From positions 1 through 64,000 of the forward strand of contig NIVC01002320.1 in the NCBI GenBank assembly GCA_002269645.1: a DNA stretch of 64,000 nt. Direction: 5' to 3'. Positions 60,324 through 64,000 of the stretch are shown here, piece after piece (position 1 is the first letter of the stretch; every line of letters begins with the position of its first letter). Under the pieces are notes generated by a model. The model worked only from the letters and a program-made list of their open reading frames with translations. It was not told where the DNA came from and ran no database searches. Source of the stretch: Macrostomum lignano (lineage: Eukaryota). The position numbers and the translations under genes are program-made.

Positions 60324-61851
60324 CGAGGCCAACTCCTCCTCTGGAGGAGAAAGGGGAAGAATTCCCATCACCGGAACTCCATTCCCTGAAATGCCATTCC
60401 CTGAATCCCATCATCCAACTCCTCTCCGCGAAACTGAACATCATCGAAATCTTCTCCGTAAAAGAGAACTCCATCAAACACCTCTCCGTGAAACTGACAT
60501 TCATCAAAATCCCCTCCGAGAAATAGAAATCCTCTCCGTGAAACTGGACTCCATGGAAATCCTCTCCGTGAAACTGACATTCATCAAAATCCCCTCCGAG
60601 AAACAGAAATCCTCTCCGTGAAACTGGACTCCATGGAAATCCTCTCCGTGAAACTGACATTCATCAAAATCCCCTCCGAGAAACAGAAATCCTCTCCGTG
60701 AAACTGGACTCCATGGAAATCCTCTCCGTGAAACTGACATCCATCAAAATCGTCTCCGCGAAACAGAAATTCTCTCCATTAAACTGGACTGAATCGAAAT
60801 TTTCTCCGTAAAAAAGAATCAACTCTCAGGATTTAGTGGTTAGGGTTAGGGTTAGGGTTAGGGTTAGAGCTACAACGCAGCAGCGTGTTAAACCAATTGA
60901 ATTAATTGAATGCGCAACCGATTTCACAGTCAGTCAGTATCAGTCTCGGTAAAAGTTAACAAAAAGATTGCGCAAACTAAATCAACCCTCCAATACACAG
61001 CGACTGACCCCCTTCCAATACGCAGTGGCAATTAAAAGTTGAACCCCCCCTCCCACCAACTGTTGGGGGATTGGTCGAACCCCCATTGAACTCCAAAATG
61101 AGAACACTGCCGAAAGTTAAAAGTATGGAAATCGTTTTTTAAATGCTGTGCTTTTTGTTTTCACATTTAAAGCAAACAACTTATATCCCCGAACTCAGTA
61201 TTGCAAGATCTTTCCAGTAATATAAGTCTCTCCTCTGAAATTTTAAAACTCGAGGAACAGTTAGCGCTTGAAATTTCCTGATTTAAAGCATTAAAGTATC
61301 GAGTGTACGTTCACAGCCTGCTAAAGAGGCTCGCAAGTTTATTCATTAAATTTTACTGCCCAGCAAATACACATGGCTGCCTATTGAATGCCGCCGATAA
61401 TAAAACCAATTAAATCTCGACACAGTCCTAGCTATCTCCTTACACTGTACAACTGCTATGTACACTCAGCCCAAGCCCAACCCCCTCCCATTCCGGGGGA
61501 ATCGTTAAATTTAATTGAACCCCCCAACACGCGGGGGGGTTATTTGCATTGAACGCGGAACACGCGCACCCACCACCCCTCAATACACGGCGGCCCGCGG
61601 GCGGAGGTTGGGGTGGCTATTTTTACAAACTGGCTGCAGCCCCAGGCAGAGTGGCCAAAGAAGGTTATTGAGGGTAAAAAAAAAGTTTTCTGCTTTTTTA
61701 GGGATCTTAAAATGTAAAAATGAAAGATTAAAATAGCTATAAACCCAATCCGGAAAATTTGCAGTTTTCATATATAAGTTTCAACGCTGACTTGCCAGTA
61801 GTCTAGGAGAAAAATTGCAACACACAAACAAACATCGCACCACTTTTAGTA
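60324..61851 (-). mobile_element. Non-autonomous Helitron-like unit U3 (no CT tract; 5' tip interrupted)
   Basis: CTCG|TC junction to U2; (TTAGGG)4 at ~60839-60864; the 5' end lacks the terminal TCTCCTAA. Confidence 0.6.
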
Positions 61852-64000
61852 TCTCCTAATACTAAAACCGACGCGATGTTTGTCTGTCTGTCTGTCTGTC
61901 TGTATGTAGCAAGTGAACTCCTACAATACTGCCAAGTCAGCGTCGAAACTTATATGGGAAAACTGCAAATTTTCCGGAGCAGGCTTTAGGCTATTTTAAT
62001 TTTAAATTTTCACATTTTAACATCCCTAAAAAAGCAGAAAACTGCTTTTTAACCCCCCAATAACCTTCTTTGGCCACTCTGCCTGGGGCTGCAGCCAGTT
62101 TGTAAAAATAGCCACCCCAACCTCCGCCCGCGGGCCGCTGTGTATTGAGGGGTGGTGGGTGCGCGTGTTCTGGGTTCAATGCAAGTAAAACCCCCCGCGT
62201 GTTGGGGGGTTGAGTTAAATTTAATGATTCCCCCAGAACGGGGGTTGGGCTTGGGCTGAGTGTACATAGCAGTTGTACAGTGTAAATAGATAGACTGTGT
62301 CGAGATTCATTTGGTTTTATTATTGGCAGCCCTGTGTATTAGTTTGGCAGTGAAATTCAATGAATTGCGAGCTTCTCTAGCAAGCAGTCGGGAAATCGGT
62401 AAATTTCAAACGCTAACTGTTCCTCGAGTTTTAAACTTTGAGAGGAGAGACTTATATTGCTGGAAAGATCTTGCAACGCTGAGTTCGGGGATATAAGTTG
62501 TATGCTTTAAATATGAAAAGAAAAAGCACAGAATTTAAAAAACTATTTCCATACTTCTAACTTTCTGCAAAAATTGTACTCAGTTTTGCGAGACGTAATA
62601 GATAAAGTTGGGCGTATTGGAAGGGGGTCTGCCGCTGCGTATTGGAGGGTTGATTTAGATTGCGCAACCGTTTGTTTAACTTTAAATAAGACTGATACTG
62701 TCTGACTGAGAAATGGTTTGCGCAATTAATTGATTCAATTAATTCAACACGCAGCTCTGTGCAGCTCTAACCCTAACCCTAACCAATGAATTCTGAGAGT
62801 TAAGTTCTTTTTGACAGAGAAAATTTCGATTGAGTCCAGTTTCACGGAGTATTCTGATGGTTTTCGGTTTCACGGAGAGGATTTCTTTTTCGTGGAGAGA
62901 ATCTAGATGTATTTCTGTTTTACGGAGACGATTTTGATGGATGTCAGTTTCACTCAGAGGATTTCCATGGAGCCCAGTTTCACGGAGAGGATTTCTGTTT
63001 CGCGGATTGGATTTCGAAAGGAGTCCAGTTTCACGGAGAGGGTTTCTGTTTCGCGGAGAGGATTTCTGTTTCGCGGAGAGGATTTCTGTTTCGCGGAGAG
63101 GATTTCTGTTTCGCGGAGAGGATTTCTGTTTCACGGAGGGATTTTGATGGATTTGGTATCTTCAGTCAGTCAGTAAAGAGAGTAAAGAGAAGAGTGAAAA
63201 GAGAAGAGAGAAGAGATTATAGAAAAGAGAGTAGAGATGAGAGAGGACAGATTAGACATGACAGATGGGAGAGAAGAGGGGAGTAAGGCGGGAACGAAGA
63301 GGGAGAGAAAAGAAAAGAGGAGAGAGGAGATGAGAGTGAAGATATGAGATAGCAGAGGGAGACAGGAGAGATGAGAGGAGAGAGAAGAGAGGAGCTGAGA
63401 GTAGAGGAGAAAGAAATAGTGAGATGAGGCATGAGGGATGAGAGATGAGAGAGGAGAGAAGAGAGGAGAGAGGAGAAAACAGGGGATAAAGGAGACAGGA
63501 GAGAAAGACGAAAGACGAGGGAGAAGAGATAAATAAGGTGGTAGAGATGAGAGACGTGAGAGGAGAGAAAAGAGAAGAGAGGAGACAGAAGAATCTGAGT
63601 CTGGACAATGGCAGTCAGTTTTTGCGAACAGGGAAAACAAGATATGGTTTTATGGCTTTACAGAGGATTTGGAGATGATTTGGAAGATGGGATTCAAGTC
63701 ATGGAATTTGAGCTGATGGATTTCAGGGAATGGAATTCCGGTGATGGGAGTTCTTCCCCTTTCTCCTCCAGAGGAGGAGTTGGCCTCGTCCTCCTAATAC
63801 TAAAACTGACGCGATGTTTGTCTGTCTGTATGTATGTATGTAGTAAGTGAACTCCTACAATTCTGCCAAGTCAGCGTTGAAACTTATATGGGAAAACTGC
63901 AAATTTTCCGGAGCAGGCTTTAGGCTATTTTAATTTTTAATTTTCACATTTTAACATCCCTAAAAAAGCAGAAAACTGCTTTTTTAACCCCCAATAACCT
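61852..64000 (+). mobile_element. Oppositely oriented Helitron-like units U4 (61852-63788) and U5 (63789 to beyond the window), inverted copies of U2-U1
   Basis: Starts A|TCTCCTAATACTAAAA. Position x mirrors 122187-x from 61911 to 64000 (58187-60276); I noticed only one substitution (~59975/62212). CTCG|TC junction at 63788/63789. Confidence 0.7.

Noticed and set aside
57441-60866. TTAGGG runs as a chromosome end or telomere fusion
   Set aside because: Only 2-4 units, embedded at the same internal position of each repeat unit and in both orientations.
61843-61867. Simple fold-back (breakage-fusion-bridge) palindrome centred at the junction
   Set aside because: The sequence immediately left (U3) is not mirrored; the right arm matches U2 and U1, and the short TTTTAGTAT/ATACTAAAA symmetry is just two element 5' ends meeting.
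56106-63640. Ser/Leu-rich ORFs as membrane proteins
   Set aside because: Translations of low-complexity C/T tracts inside the repeat units.

Overview
Eukaryotic (invertebrate metazoan-type) genomic DNA. The six-frame ORF track is mostly misleading here because the genes have many short GT-AG introns. Bases 545-52603 hold four tandem, same-strand paralogues of a 25-exon, ~1,300-aa type I membrane protein that I assembled by hand: signal peptide, F-type-lectin (FTP/galactose-binding-like) domain, ten nephrin/C2-set-like Ig domains, TM helix, and a Tyr-containing tail ending EFYVQ. Ig2-Ig10 lack the canonical B-strand Cys and C-strand Trp and instead carry a Cys at the Trp position. Copies 2 and 4 read through. 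Copy 1 has a 1-nt frameshift and copy 3 a premature TAG just before the TM exon. The copies are sequence patchworks. Each gene has three intronic minisatellites (10, 29 and 42/43 bp), all containing AG|GT; the 42/43-bp one is an amplified exon-end plus 5' splice site. Copy 2 carries a young but defective Ty3/Gypsy LTR element in intron 5. The spacers hold decayed Ig-like exons, a 3.8-kb TIR element, MITE-like repeats and a LINE 3' end. From 55783 to the window end lies a head-to-tail array of non-autonomous Helitron-like units, with a second array inserted in the opposite orientation, making a >=2.09-kb inverted repeat. Species and orthology cannot be determined from the sequence alone, and all exon models are manual predictions.
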